Part shown: positions 1 through 9,265 of the stretch, one piece after another
How positions within the stretch are numbered: position 1 is the stretch's first letter
Layout of the letters: each line of letters begins with the position of its first letter
IMG/VR virus record: IMGVR_UViG_3300048588_000723
Location: 1 to 51,397 of that record
Length of the DNA: 51,397 bases
From: a virus
Taxonomy: Duplodnaviria > Caudoviricetes
Direction: 5' to 3' (one strand)
Notes under the pieces: model-generated
What the model saw: the letters and a program-made list of their open reading frames with translations, nothing else
What the model was told of the DNA's origin: nothing
Database searches by the model: none
Made by a program: the position numbers and the translations under genes

Positions 1-230
1 TGGAGTTATCCCCGATTATGGAGTTATCCCCGATTCTGGAGTTATCCCCGATTCTGGAGTTATCCCCGATTCTGGAGTTATACCCGATTCTGGAGTTATA
101 CCCGATTCTGGAGTTATCCCCGATTCTGGAGTTATACCCGATTCTGGAGTTATCCCCGATTCTGGAGTTATACCCGATTATGGAGTTATACCCGATTATG
201 GAGTTATACCCGATTATGGAGTTATCCCCG
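1..230. repeat. 18-bp tandem repeat TGGAGTTAT(C/A)CCCGATT(C/A), about 12.5 copies
   Basis: Directly visible; same unit as 51137-51397. Confidence 0.97.
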
Positions 231-343
231 CCTTTAAATTCAATTCCTCTAGCTTTAAATTCAGCATCAAGTTCAGAGATGTCTTCATATTCAAACTTTT
301 TAGTATCATAATTTTTGTCGTACAGATAAATTTTCTTTTTCAT
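1..343 (-). CDS. Hexapeptide-repeat (left-handed beta-helix-like) protein, 5' part; continues across the circular junction
   Basis: ATG at 343-341 reads MKKKIYLYDKNYDTKKFEYEDISELDAEFKARGIEFKGGDNSI, then IG(D/Y)NS(R/I) repeats open to position 1. Absent from the ORF track because it spans the ends. Confidence 0.85.
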   Translation of the reverse strand, partial: MKKKIYLYDKNYDTKKFEYEDISELDAEFKARGIEFKGGDNSIIGYNSIIGYNSIIGYNSRIGDNSRIGYNSRIGDNSRIGYNSRIGYNSRIGDNSRIGDNSRIGDNSIIGDNS

Positions 344-361
344 GTTGCAGATTTTAAGGTT

Positions 362-459
362 AAACTATTTGTTTCGCTCATACTGCCGAGCCTTTTCCGT
401 TTGGCAGTTCATTAGGCCCTCCTTCCTCAAGGGTGATTCTGGCACCTCACAAATAGTTT
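362..459 (-). ncRNA. Candidate structured intergenic RNA (closing stem, hairpin, pseudoknot)
   Basis: 11-bp inverted repeat 362-372/449-459 enclosing a GC-rich insert with crossing pairings ACTGCC/GGCAGT and GCTC/GAGC. Confidence 0.5.
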
Positions 460-462
460 GTG

Positions 463-732
463 TTATTTATTTTTATTTAATGGTTCCAATACAATTGTTT
501 TGTCATCTAATTTTGCAGCTACTTTATACAGGTCCGCTTTCTTATATTTATATCCATCAGCTCTACTATATCTCGGCAATAACCCTCGTTGAAATAACTG
601 AGAAAGGAATCTGTAGTTATTTACCCCTATGATTCTACACGCCTCTTTTGAATCGCAATAGTCAGATTGATTACTAAGTAATGCTATTCGAATAAGCCTC
701 AACTCTTCCAGTACAGCTTTATCGTTACTCAT
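463..732 (-). CDS. Excisionase-like/HTH DNA-binding protein
   Basis: Small basic protein with a CDSKEACRIIGV...YKYKKADL winged-HTH-like pattern; second gene of the leftward early operon. Confidence 0.55.
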   Translation of the reverse strand: MSNDKAVLEELRLIRIALLSNQSDYCDSKEACRIIGVNNYRFLSQLFQRGLLPRYSRADGYKYKKADLYKVAAKLDDKTIVLEPLNKNK

Positions 733-961
733 GCTCTAATGCTTCTTGAATTAATTTTTCTTCCTGGCCATCACCTTCTTTATAGTATTTTGCAATAACA
801 TCAAATGTTTCTTTTTCACAACGACCAGTATTTAATGCTGTACCTATTGTTTTGGTGCTGACTTTTTTATTTATCTTTTTAGATAGATCGTGGATTTTTT
901 CAATATCTCCATGCTCTCTCTTCAGCTTCCAGCTTTTTAGGATTACTTTTGGTATTTTCAT
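725..961 (-). CDS. Cro-like small DNA-binding protein
   Basis: 78 aa basic protein, divergent from the repressor-like gene. Confidence 0.45.
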   Translation of the reverse strand: MKIPKVILKSWKLKREHGDIEKIHDLSKKINKKVSTKTIGTALNTGRCEKETFDVIAKYYKEGDGQEEKLIQEALEHE

Positions 962-981
962 CGAATTACTTTTTTTTGTAT

Positions 982-1082
982 TATCTTTGTATTTGTGTTC
1001 CCTTTTAGGTTCTCATTTAAGTTCCTATTTGGTAAGACAAAGTAAAGTCAAATATTGTCAAATTGCAAGTTTTTGACAATAT
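982..1082. promoter_or_regulatory. Divergent immunity control region: TATCTTTG (-7 element) and operator-like inverted repeat
   Basis: TAnnTTTG at 982-989; ATATTGTCAAA (1052-1062) and TTTGACAATAT (1072-1082) form an 11-bp inverted repeat. Confidence 0.5.
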
Positions 1083-1106
1083 ATTTTTATTAACAATTAC
1101 CTAAAA

Positions 1107-1475
1107 ATGGCAAAATTTGTACAAAATCAGCAAACAACAAGGCTTTTAGAGGTTTATAAAACTTTGATAAAAAAGGGTGTTGTTAATAAACCATTAGATT
1201 TTTGCAGTCAAGTTGACTATTTAAATACCTCTTTTGTTCATGTTGCAGCAGGAAGAAGGAACTTCCCTACATTGATAATTAACAATGCTTGTAAGGTGTT
1301 TGGAATAAATCCGGACTACATATTTGATGGAAAATTGCCAATTTTCGTTAAAAAAGAAGATGTTGGTGATGATTCCGAAATTAATCTTTTACGAATTAGA
1401 GTGGAATACTTGGAGCGAATAAACGCATTGTTGGAGAAGCAGTTAGAACAATATCAGAAAAAGCAAAAACCGTAA
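1107..1475 (+). CDS. CI-like repressor (HTH plus C-terminal coiled coil)
   Basis: GRRNFP...CKVFGINPDYIFDGK resembles phage repressor HTH ends; divergent from the cro-like gene. Confidence 0.65.
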   Translation: MAKFVQNQQTTRLLEVYKTLIKKGVVNKPLDFCSQVDYLNTSFVHVAAGRRNFPTLIINNACKVFGINPDYIFDGKLPIFVKKEDVGDDSEINLLRIRVEYLERINALLEKQLEQYQKKQKP

Positions 1476-1556
1476 TTTTCTTACATCGTAAGTGTTTTGT
1501 AGATTTTATAAATGTAATCTTTTTGATCCCATTTCGTTATAGAATAAATAAAACCT

Positions 1557-1733
1557 ATGTGTATGGAGCAAAATAATAAAGCCAAATGTGAGGGGTGCAA
1601 ACTCTCTCTCCTAATTCAGAAAATTCAAAATGATTACTTAAAGTTAAGAAGCTTAACAGAGCTTGAAAGCAAACAACGTTTTAAATTTATTAGAGCCCGG
1701 CAGGGTGTGTTGGACAAAATTTTTCCAAACTAA
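1557..1733 (+). CDS. Small hypothetical protein (58 aa, CxxC)
   Basis: Open frame MCMEQNNKAKCEGCK... ending at the terminator; below the ORF-track cutoff. Confidence 0.45.
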   Translation: MCMEQNNKAKCEGCKLSLLIQKIQNDYLKLRSLTELESKQRFKFIRARQGVLDKIFPN

Positions 1734-1765
1734 AAAAAGCCTCCAATAATATGGAGGCTTTTTTA
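1732..1765. terminator. Bidirectional rho-independent terminator
   Basis: AAAAAAAGCCTCCA-ataata-TGGAGGCTTTTTT between convergent genes. Confidence 0.85.
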
Positions 1766-1797
1766 CTATCTGTAAATAGGTTTATTTTTTTATTCAG

Positions 1798-2154
1798 CTA
1801 AGAATTATACCAGACCGAATACTTCCATTTGACTATATTGTCAACAAATGGACTTTGATAAGCGAGGTTTTCATCTCTTATAATCGCTAATCGATTGTTT
1901 CCCGTCTGGACGGGCTCAACCAAAACCGCAAAAGAGTTATTTCCTGCATTCGTCAATTCAATTACTTCAAAACTTCTTGCCTCAAAGGAAAAAAGCGCAA
2001 CCGGTTGGTCAACAGCAGTTACATCTGTAATCAAATAATCTACGCTGACAGCGTATTCGGTTTTCGGAACTTTGGCCTGATCAAAGCCATAAGCTACGTG
2101 TGTTACCATAATCCCTAGGAATACAAAACACAAAGTGAATAATTGTTTTTTCAT
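1798..2154 (-). CDS. Secreted/periplasmic hypothetical protein
   Basis: Likely start MKKQLFTLCFVFLGIMVTHVAYG, which is signal-peptide-like. Confidence 0.6.
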   Translation of the reverse strand: MKKQLFTLCFVFLGIMVTHVAYGFDQAKVPKTEYAVSVDYLITDVTAVDQPVALFSFEARSFEVIELTNAGNNSFAVLVEPVQTGNNRLAIIRDENLAYQSPFVDNIVKWKYSVWYNS

Positions 2155-2181
2155 GCCGCTAATATAATAATTATTTGCAAA

Positions 2182-2204
2182 TCGTGTCAATTTGACTATT
2201 TTTG
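2182..2204 (+). promoter_or_regulatory. Putative late promoter TTGAC-TATTTTTG
   Basis: TAnnTTTG at 2197-2204 just upstream of the first rightward late gene; motif shared with 9628-9640. Confidence 0.45.
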
Positions 2205-2464
2205 CCATTGTGAGTGCAAAAAATAAATATATAGAAAATAATATTCCTGCTCTTTACAGAAGAACTATTCTTGATGTTATGATTTATACTTTTATTGATG
2301 CAGTAAAGCATACTATTCCAGGCATATCAGTTGATGAGGCCGCATTGGCTTTTTCTAAAAAATACAAAATAGATGAAGATGAAATGACCCTCACTTCAAT
2401 TACACGCGTGTATTATCGAATCCAAAAAGAACTATTTGAAGATGAACGTACTAAGAATACCTGA
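2192..2464 (+). CDS. Hypothetical protein (probable start GTG 2210)
   Basis: ORF track; first gene of the packaging operon. Confidence 0.6.
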   Translation: MTIFAIVSAKNKYIENNIPALYRRTILDVMIYTFIDAVKHTIPGISVDEAALAFSKKYKIDEDEMTLTSITRVYYRIQKELFEDERTKNT

Positions 2465-2744
2465 AAAATCAAATTCTGAGAAGCTCAGAGATAAGTCGGA
2501 AGCGAAACTGAACAGTCTTGTTATTAAATATTTTGAAGAGGCAAAAGACAAGCCACTTAAAAAAGAACTCATATTTAAAAAGCTAAATACTGAATGGTGC
2601 AACTATGCATTTCTTGCAAACAAAACTCAAAAAGGGATTCAGGTATATGCAAATGCTTTTAAAAAACGAGTAGACTATGTATTGCAAAAAGTAGAAGAAC
2701 AAAATCAATCACAAACCAATGACAGAGAGGACGATAAAGAGTAA
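2442..2744 (+). CDS. Hypothetical protein
   Basis: ORF track; overlaps the upstream gene in operon fashion. Confidence 0.6.
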   Translation: MNVLRIPEKSNSEKLRDKSEAKLNSLVIKYFEEAKDKPLKKELIFKKLNTEWCNYAFLANKTQKGIQVYANAFKKRVDYVLQKVEEQNQSQTNDREDDKE

Positions 2745-2833
2745 GATTCGTTTCCATGAAAAAAAGCTCAAGCACTATGAAGATAAGCTACATGAACTTA
2801 TTCACCCTAAAATCGGTTTTATAATTCCTACAA

Positions 2834-3319
2834 ATGGCAAGAAAAAAAGTAACAGTAAAAAAGAAAACAGGACGTAAAACATTATACGATCCTCTTATTG
2901 TATTGCCAAGACTCGAAGCGCTAGCAAAGAAAGGCGTTACAAACATTGATATTGCAAAATCATTAGGAATTACTGAAAGTACTTTTTATGAATGGAATGA
3001 TAAGTATCCGGAGTTTTCGCTGTCCTTAAAGAAGTACAAGGGTTTGGCCGATATAGAAGTGGAGAATGCTTTATTTAAAACAGCTGTCGGATTTGATTAC
3101 GATGAAAACAAATATGAGCGCGTTAAGAACAATAAAACAGGTAAGTATTCCATGCAGTTGGTTCAAAAAACCGTTAAGAAAGTAACCGGCAATGCAACAG
3201 CTCAAATATTTTATTTGAAAAACAGAATGCCTGACAGGTATCGTGACAAAACAATACACGAACATTCAGGTAAAATAGAAATGGAAGCAATCACATTTAA
3301 AGCAAAACGTAGAGAATAA
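2834..3319 (+). CDS. terS: Terminase small subunit
   Basis: GRKTLYD...IAKSLGITESTFYEW HTH, VENALFKTAVG and AQIFYLKNRMPDRYRDK, typical of TerS; upstream of TerL. Confidence 0.85.
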   Translation: MARKKVTVKKKTGRKTLYDPLIVLPRLEALAKKGVTNIDIAKSLGITESTFYEWNDKYPEFSLSLKKYKGLADIEVENALFKTAVGFDYDENKYERVKNNKTGKYSMQLVQKTVKKVTGNATAQIFYLKNRMPDRYRDKTIHEHSGKIEMEAITFKAKRRE

Positions 3320-3374
3320 TGGAAGATTTTGAAATCATCGCATTCGATGACCACTTTGTAATAATTAAAAATTA

Positions 3375-3779
3375 ATGAGAACGCCTAGAATATTCTATTG
3401 GAAGTACACATTCAATTACAATGGCTTTATAATTCCTTACGTTGGAATTGTATTAAATAGTAGCGTTCGAGGCGTAAGAGGTGAAGATGTTTTAATTGAG
3501 CACGAAAAAGTTCACTACAAACAATTTGAAAAGTATGGAGCTATTCTATTCATTCTATTGTACTTGATGGACGTTATGTATCATTCTTACGATTTGTCAT
3601 TATTTGAAATTGAAGCGCGATTTGCTGAAGACAATTTTGCAAAGTACAATTATACATATGCTGTTAGAAACGGTTTAGCTAAAACTCCGCACAATCCAAA
3701 TTTTAGAAAAGGTAAATCAATTTATAAATTAAAATCATATCAAGATGAGTTCAGAAAACTGGAGCAAAACAGCCGGTAA
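3375..3779 (+). CDS. HExxH metallopeptidase-like hypothetical protein
   Basis: LIEHEKVHYKQ...FEIEAR motif; inserted between terS and terL. Confidence 0.55.
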   Translation: MRTPRIFYWKYTFNYNGFIIPYVGIVLNSSVRGVRGEDVLIEHEKVHYKQFEKYGAILFILLYLMDVMYHSYDLSLFEIEARFAEDNFAKYNYTYAVRNGLAKTPHNPNFRKGKSIYKLKSYQDEFRKLEQNSR

Positions 3780-3894
3780 AACAGCCGGGGTAATTACAGG
3801 TGTATGGGTAGGTATAGCAATTGCAGTACTAGCTTTAACCGCACCAACTAAAGGAATAGTAATGCTAGTTACTTGGTTTTGGAATTTGTGGTAA
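3745..3894 (+). CDS. Small membrane protein (49 aa)
   Basis: MSSENWSKTAGKTAGVITGVWVGIAIAVLALTAPTKGIVMLVTWFWNLW ends 3 nt before the terL ATG. Confidence 0.5.
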   Translation: MSSENWSKTAGKTAGVITGVWVGIAIAVLALTAPTKGIVMLVTWFWNLW

Positions 3895-3897
3895 TAA

Positions 3898-5367
3898 ATG
3901 AAAACTGTTGAAATTGAATTCTCTGACCCTCAGCTGGACATTATTGAAAGTACTGCTCAGCGTAATCTATTCCATTCTGGAGTAGGTTCAGGGAAGACTC
4001 ATTGCATAGGAGCAATTTCGGGGGACTTTGTATTAAACAATCCTGAAGTACGAGGATTCATTGGAGCAAATACTTATTCCCAATTAAGTAAATCAACTCT
4101 GAATGGTGTATTTAAGTTTTGGGAGTCTACATTAAAATGGAAGCGCGACATACATTACGTAAGCAATAAAATGCCTCCTCCACATTTCAAAAGTTTTGGA
4201 CCTAAACTAGATGATTATGCTCATACTATTTCATTTGAAAATGGTGCGCTAGTTTTTACAGCTTCACTTGATAACTATAAAGTTATCGATGGAACTGAAT
4301 TTGCCTGGGCCTGTTTAGATGAAACGAAAGATACAAAAGAAGAAGGAGTTAGAGAGGTTGTTACTGCACGTTTGAGACAGCCGGGTATGTACATTAATCC
4401 TAAAGGGCAATTGTGTAAAGAAAAAAAAGCAGACAACTACACCGGTTTCAATCCACTTTATATATTTACTTCTCCTGCCAAAACAGATTGGCTTGCTGAA
4501 TGGTTTGATATACCAGAGTATTTTGAAGAAATCAACGAAAGCATATTTTCTGAAACAGATTATTTTAGAAAAAGGAAAGGGGATAAATTAGTGGTGATAT
4601 CATCTACTTACCACAATAAAAAGAATTTATCAGAAGGATTTATTGAACGGCTAATTGAAGACAACAAACACAATAGCCACCGTATAAATATGCTTGTATA
4701 CGGTTCGCCTCTTGCTAAAACAGGTGGTGAATATTTTTCTCGTTTTGATAGATTAAAGCATATTAAATATTTGCCTATCAATCCAGAGCTGCCGATTCAT
4801 TTATCATTTGACCAAAACAGAAATCCATACATCACTTGCACCTGCTTTCAAACATGGTGGAATGAAGACACACAAAAATGGATAGTTAACAAATTTGATG
4901 AGTTTTGTTTAGAAGCTCCCAAAAATTATACAGAAGCTTTGTGCCAGGAGATTTTATTTAAATACGGACACCTGATGAAAAACGGTGTGTTTTATTATGG
5001 TGATTGGTCCGGAAAGAATAGTAGAACTAATTCTCAAGAAGACGATTACGATGTCATACGAAGAGTATTTGGAAAATTTGTAGGGCCATATTCCGATAAA
5101 GTTATAACAAATAAAGGGTTGGTTAAGCGACACGACTTTATGAATAAAATATTGTTTGGAGGTTTACCTATTGAATATTACCAGGCACCTCATTGTAAGA
5201 AGTCAATAATGGAATACGAATACCTGAAAGAGGATCCTAATGGAGGAAAATTAAAACAATTAGCGACTAACCCTATAACACAAGTACAGTATCAGAAATA
5301 CGGACATATTGCTGATGCTGACGAATATTTTTTCACATCTGCATTCGACACATTTTATAATCAATAA
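3898..5367 (+). CDS. terL: Terminase large subunit
   Basis: Walker A SGVGSGKT, Walker B WACLDE, nuclease motifs HLSFDQN and GHIADA. Confidence 0.92.
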   Translation: MKTVEIEFSDPQLDIIESTAQRNLFHSGVGSGKTHCIGAISGDFVLNNPEVRGFIGANTYSQLSKSTLNGVFKFWESTLKWKRDIHYVSNKMPPPHFKSFGPKLDDYAHTISFENGALVFTASLDNYKVIDGTEFAWACLDETKDTKEEGVREVVTARLRQPGMYINPKGQLCKEKKADNYTGFNPLYIFTSPAKTDWLAEWFDIPEYFEEINESIFSETDYFRKRKGDKLVVISSTYHNKKNLSEGFIERLIEDNKHNSHRINMLVYGSPLAKTGGEYFSRFDRLKHIKYLPINPELPIHLSFDQNRNPYITCTCFQTWWNEDTQKWIVNKFDEFCLEAPKNYTEALCQEILFKYGHLMKNGVFYYGDWSGKNSRTNSQEDDYDVIRRVFGKFVGPYSDKVITNKGLVKRHDFMNKILFGGLPIEYYQAPHCKKSIMEYEYLKEDPNGGKLKQLATNPITQVQYQKYGHIADADEYFFTSAFDTFYNQ

Positions 5368-5375
5368 TTACAACC

Positions 5376-7232
5376 ATGGCAAAAATAGACAAAGAAAAAG
5401 GTAAAGGAATTCTAAAAAATACAATTAGAAAAGACCTTCGACATATCGATTACAAAAGAGTAACCAGCTTGGCTAGCAAGTATGCTGGGTATACCATTGC
5501 AGATGAAGATGAGTTAAAAAAATTACTGCGCCAATTCACTCCTAGAGAGGACGAATCTTTATTTGATCAACGTGTTCGACTAACCTCGCTGACTACTCCA
5601 GATATTGTTAATTCAATGATAACCCCTATGTATAAAATTGGTCGTACTACGGCCAATGAAAGATGTGTATGGGATAAAAAGGATGATAGTGAAAAAAATG
5701 AAGCGGAGTTAAATGAAGTTTCCTCTAAATTTTATGGAGAATTATCAGTAAAAGACTATTTAACAACTAGAATGGTTGACTTGGATTCTATTGATCCGAA
5801 CAGTTTTATCATTGTTGAATTTTCTGGCAAGGTAGATCCTGCTAATCCGGAAACAAAAGCAGACCCTTATCCATTTGAAGTAAATTCGCAAGAGGCCATC
5901 AATTATGAATATATAAACAATGAGCTACAATGGTTAATTGTAATGATAGGTCAATCGGAGAAGTTTACTATATATTTAGATGATGATTCAATAGTTGCGA
6001 CCCGGATTACAAAAGAGCAAATGGTACAGATTAAAGCTGAAAATCCACAAGCTGAAATATTTTTCAAAAACGAAGAAGAAAAAGAAGCCGGACCAATCTT
6101 TCTAATTGAAGAGTTTAATCATAAAGCAGGAAGAGTTCCCGCTAGAAGAGTTGGAACTAAATTAGACCCTAAAACCCGTTATCGTACATGTGTACCGATG
6201 ATACATCCTGCACAATCTTATTTGGAGAAAGCCATTAAAACGATTTCTGAGTTCGATTTAACGAATGCATTGCACACTTTCCCGAAGATATTTCGATATG
6301 ATGAAATATGCCCTGGAAATATGGCTAAAGGACTTGTTTGTCAATCTGGAATATTAACGACAGGAGAAAAATGTCCTGAATGCAAAGGGACTGGATGGAA
6401 ATCTCAAACAAGCACAGCCCAAGAGTTTATTGTTAAACTGCCTAAAGACCCTAAAGACATGGTTTCTCTTGAAAACATGTTAGCATACAAAGCTCCTCCT
6501 GCAGAGCTTTTAGAGTTTCAAAAGAACTTAGGTTTGTATGAGTTAAGACAAGCTGCTATAAAAGCGGTGTATAATTCGGATACATATGTATCTGATTCTA
6601 CAGCCAAAACGGCCACAGAAAAGAATATTGATTTGGAATCTGTTTATGATACCTTAAAACCTTTTGGAGACAATTGGTCTGGTATGTATAAACACATCAT
6701 TTATGTTTGTGCAGCATATCGGGATTTAGAACAGGGATTACGTGTTGAACATGCGTTCCCGAAAGACTTGAAGATGAAATCTCTAAACATTCTATTAGAC
6801 GATTTAAAAAAGGCAAACGATTCTGGGGCTCCATCTTATGTAAAGAAATCAATACATAGAGACATTGCACATAAAATGTACATCGATCAACCAGATGAGT
6901 TGCTAAAGCTTCACGTTAAAGAACTCTTCTATCCATTCAGCGGCAAGACAGAAAGTGAAATCAATATTATACTCACAAATCAATTGAAATCAAAATTTGA
7001 CATGGTTTTATATGCAAACTTTGACCAAATATTTGATGAGTTAGAGCAAGAGCAAAGCCTTAATTCTATCAACTTCTACAAGATGGATTTTATAAAACAA
7101 CGTGATTTAGTAAGAAAGAAAGTTGAAGAATACAAACTTGTTATTGATTCAGAAGAAGAGGCTGTGAGGGCAATACCATTTGGTAGTGATTTAAATAAAA
7201 ATCTAGATTCTGAAAAAAATGCCAACGTATAA
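5376..7232 (+). CDS. Portal protein with Cys-rich insertion
   Basis: 618 aa gene directly after terL; contains CPECKGTG zinc-finger-like insert. Confidence 0.75.
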   Translation: MAKIDKEKGKGILKNTIRKDLRHIDYKRVTSLASKYAGYTIADEDELKKLLRQFTPREDESLFDQRVRLTSLTTPDIVNSMITPMYKIGRTTANERCVWDKKDDSEKNEAELNEVSSKFYGELSVKDYLTTRMVDLDSIDPNSFIIVEFSGKVDPANPETKADPYPFEVNSQEAINYEYINNELQWLIVMIGQSEKFTIYLDDDSIVATRITKEQMVQIKAENPQAEIFFKNEEEKEAGPIFLIEEFNHKAGRVPARRVGTKLDPKTRYRTCVPMIHPAQSYLEKAIKTISEFDLTNALHTFPKIFRYDEICPGNMAKGLVCQSGILTTGEKCPECKGTGWKSQTSTAQEFIVKLPKDPKDMVSLENMLAYKAPPAELLEFQKNLGLYELRQAAIKAVYNSDTYVSDSTAKTATEKNIDLESVYDTLKPFGDNWSGMYKHIIYVCAAYRDLEQGLRVEHAFPKDLKMKSLNILLDDLKKANDSGAPSYVKKSIHRDIAHKMYIDQPDELLKLHVKELFYPFSGKTESEINIILTNQLKSKFDMVLYANFDQIFDELEQEQSLNSINFYKMDFIKQRDLVRKKVEEYKLVIDSEEEAVRAIPFGSDLNKNLDSEKNANV

Positions 7233-8142
7233 GGAGGTTTCTAAAATTATTGATGAGTTTATTGCACAGCGTGAAAACCAAATAAAATCAAAGGTTTCAT
7301 TGATGCAGAATAAACTTTATGAAGATGTGATACTCGATTTCTTAAATAAAATTAAGAAAAGTGGGGAGGATTTTTCATACACAGATTTAGTACAGCTGGA
7401 GAACAGAATTAAAAAATTTGGGGTGAATGGCCACCCGGAAGTACTACAAGAAATCATTGATGCAACAAAGTCAATGAGCAATCTAAATTTATTATACTTC
7501 TCCACGCTTATCGACAGTCCTGAAAAACTAAATGATATTAAAATCAAAACAGAAAAACTTGTTAATCGCAAGCTGGGACTAGATGATAAGGGACGTATAA
7601 AACCGGGTGGATTCCTGGATCGAATGATTACAGATAAATGGGTACAACGTACTATACTAAAAGAGGCTCGTAAAGCATTGGCCGGAGGCTTCGACTTTCA
7701 ATCAACAAGAGAAAAATTTAAACAAATTATCGTTGGTGGCCCAAAAGAAAGTGGTGTGATTCAAAAGCATTATACTACATTCACTAACGATTTGCTAAGC
7801 AGCGTTAATAATAACAATAACAATATTTATGCAACAGAATTGGGCCTCAATTACGCGCGATATGCAGGAGGTTTGATTAAAACATCTAGAAGTTTATGTA
7901 TAAAAAATAACGGTAAAATATTTTCTAGAAAGCAAATTGAAGCATTAAAGGAAGACCCATTTATAATAAAAATGTATGGGGGTAATATCGATGATTACAA
8001 CCCATTTGAGTTGCCTGGAGGTTATGGTTGCAAACATAGTTGGAACTGGATTACAGACGACTATGCTGTTGGTTTAATCCGGGAACAAAACAAAAAAGCT
8101 ACTGAAAAAAATCAGAAGTTTAAGGATAGAAATGGTTTATAG
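7219..8142 (+). CDS. Minor head/head morphogenesis protein (SPP1 gp7/Mu F-like)
   Basis: Follows the portal; YAGGLIKTSRSLC and GGYGCKHSW resemble the GGxNCRH motif. Confidence 0.7.
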   Translation: MPTYKEVSKIIDEFIAQRENQIKSKVSLMQNKLYEDVILDFLNKIKKSGEDFSYTDLVQLENRIKKFGVNGHPEVLQEIIDATKSMSNLNLLYFSTLIDSPEKLNDIKIKTEKLVNRKLGLDDKGRIKPGGFLDRMITDKWVQRTILKEARKALAGGFDFQSTREKFKQIIVGGPKESGVIQKHYTTFTNDLLSSVNNNNNNIYATELGLNYARYAGGLIKTSRSLCIKNNGKIFSRKQIEALKEDPFIIKMYGGNIDDYNPFELPGGYGCKHSWNWITDDYAVGLIREQNKKATEKNQKFKDRNGL

Positions 8143-8367
8143 AGACTTTAACATTTCGTATGTAATACTATCTTGATTTTTAACAGCTCTTGTCGCCTCA
8201 TTTTCATCCATGCCTGCATCCATTAGTTTAATTACATTATTGTAAAACTTTTCGGTCGAATCTTTTTTATCAGTAGCAGATTTAATTTCTTGGTTTAATT
8301 CTTTTGTTTCTTCTGATTGACCACATGACCATATAAATATAATTGCAAATAATAATATCACTCTCAT
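8137..8367 (-). CDS. Small lipoprotein (possible superinfection exclusion)
   Basis: MRVILLFAIIFIWS-C lipobox; counter-oriented moron in the head cluster. Confidence 0.65.
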   Translation of the reverse strand: MRVILLFAIIFIWSCGQSEETKELNQEIKSATDKKDSTEKFYNNVIKLMDAGMDENEATRAVKNQDSITYEMLKSL

Positions 8368-8477
8368 TCTTTTAGTTTTTTAAACTCGTACATCCACCTA
8401 TTAGGGTGAATAAGTACAAGTATGATTAAGCACCTGAAGATTTTCTTCATTTTATTTTGCAAGTTAATAATTATTTG

Positions 8478-8485
8478 TATATTTG
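8478..8485 (+). promoter_or_regulatory. Bacteroidota -7 promoter element TATATTTG
   Basis: TAnnTTTG match with TTTG at 8456-8459 upstream. Confidence 0.55.
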
Positions 8486-8534
8486 CAATGCTAAATACAA
8501 CAACATGTTTCCATTTTCAACTAATCTTTTTAAA

Positions 8535-8608
8535 TGTTCGGGTGCCGTAACCAGTAATGGTCGGAAATATCTACAACCTTGTGTTGTTGTGTTTAGCACA
8601 CCCGGACA
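8535..8608 (+). ncRNA. C4/CI-like antisense RNA
   Basis: Closing stem TGTTCGGGTG/CACCCGGACA, GTAA-tetraloop hairpin, and a 21-nt segment (8578-8598) complementary to 8624-8644 and nearly to 8489-8505. Confidence 0.7.
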
Positions 8609-8622
8609 CCATATTAAATACC

Positions 8623-8931
8623 ATGCTAAACACAACAACACAAGAAACAAGCACGAACAACAGTAGTGCTATTTCACAACGTGCAAAAGACGATTTGCAC
8701 AAAATCATTAATGAATTTCTAGAACTTGGTGGTGCGGCCTATCCTATTGAAACCTTAAGCACATTGCTTACAGAGCTGTTTAATACAGATGAAGAGGATA
8801 AGGATTTTACACAAAAATTTATTATTGAAACCGTTGGCGAATCTCAACGCATCATTCTGTTTCTTGTAAAGCTACAAGAGGCTTGGAACCGTTATCAATT
8901 ATTTTGTATAAACCAATCCTTGAAATCATGA
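8623..8931 (+). CDS. Hypothetical protein under antisense control (start MLNTTTQ)
   Basis: ATG 8623 overlaps the antisense target; stop overlaps the next ATG (ATGA). Confidence 0.65.
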   Translation: MLNTTTQETSTNNSSAISQRAKDDLHKIINEFLELGGAAYPIETLSTLLTELFNTDEEDKDFTQKFIIETVGESQRIILFLVKLQEAWNRYQLFCINQSLKS

Positions 8932-9248
8932 TAACGAAAAAAGAAGAAAAAAAATTACACAGAAAATTTCAAATTTCAAGCATTAAGTTTTTGTTAGAAA
9001 CATCCCAAATGTCTTATGAAGAAAGAGGGAAATATATTACATTAATTTGTTCAATGCACCAATTTGGCAAATTAAGAAAAGCGCATATAATTGAAATTTT
9101 AGGTGAATTTCCTGATAAAATAATGAAAAAATTTATTATTAATTCCGGTGGGTATTATTACCATGAAATAATAGAAAATGCAGATAGAAAAAGTAGGTCT
9201 AGGTCAGCTGCTGGAATTATTGGCAATAAAAAACGGTGGAGTAAATAA
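8928..9248 (+). CDS. Truncated YdaU/DUF1376-like protein
   Basis: MSYEERGKYITLIC...SAAGIIGNKKRW parallels MSAEQVGAYILLL...SGLAGNAKRW of 39586-40260. Confidence 0.7.
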   Translation: MITKKEEKKLHRKFQISSIKFLLETSQMSYEERGKYITLICSMHQFGKLRKAHIIEILGEFPDKIMKKFIINSGGYYYHEIIENADRKSRSRSAAGIIGNKKRWSK

Positions 9249-9265
9249 AATTTATTTTTGATTGC

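Noticed and set aside
1-230. CRISPR array at the window ends
   Set aside because: Units are contiguous 18-mers with no unique spacers and no cas genes; they are coding repeats.
18-311. Plus-strand ORF with ELSPIL repeats
   Set aside because: Shadow of the minus-strand hexapeptide gene, which has a proper start, operon context and C-terminal domain.
362-459. Canonical hammerhead ribozyme
   Set aside because: The core has A in place of the essential G5, a GUG triplet and no simple stem II; kept only as an unclassified RNA.
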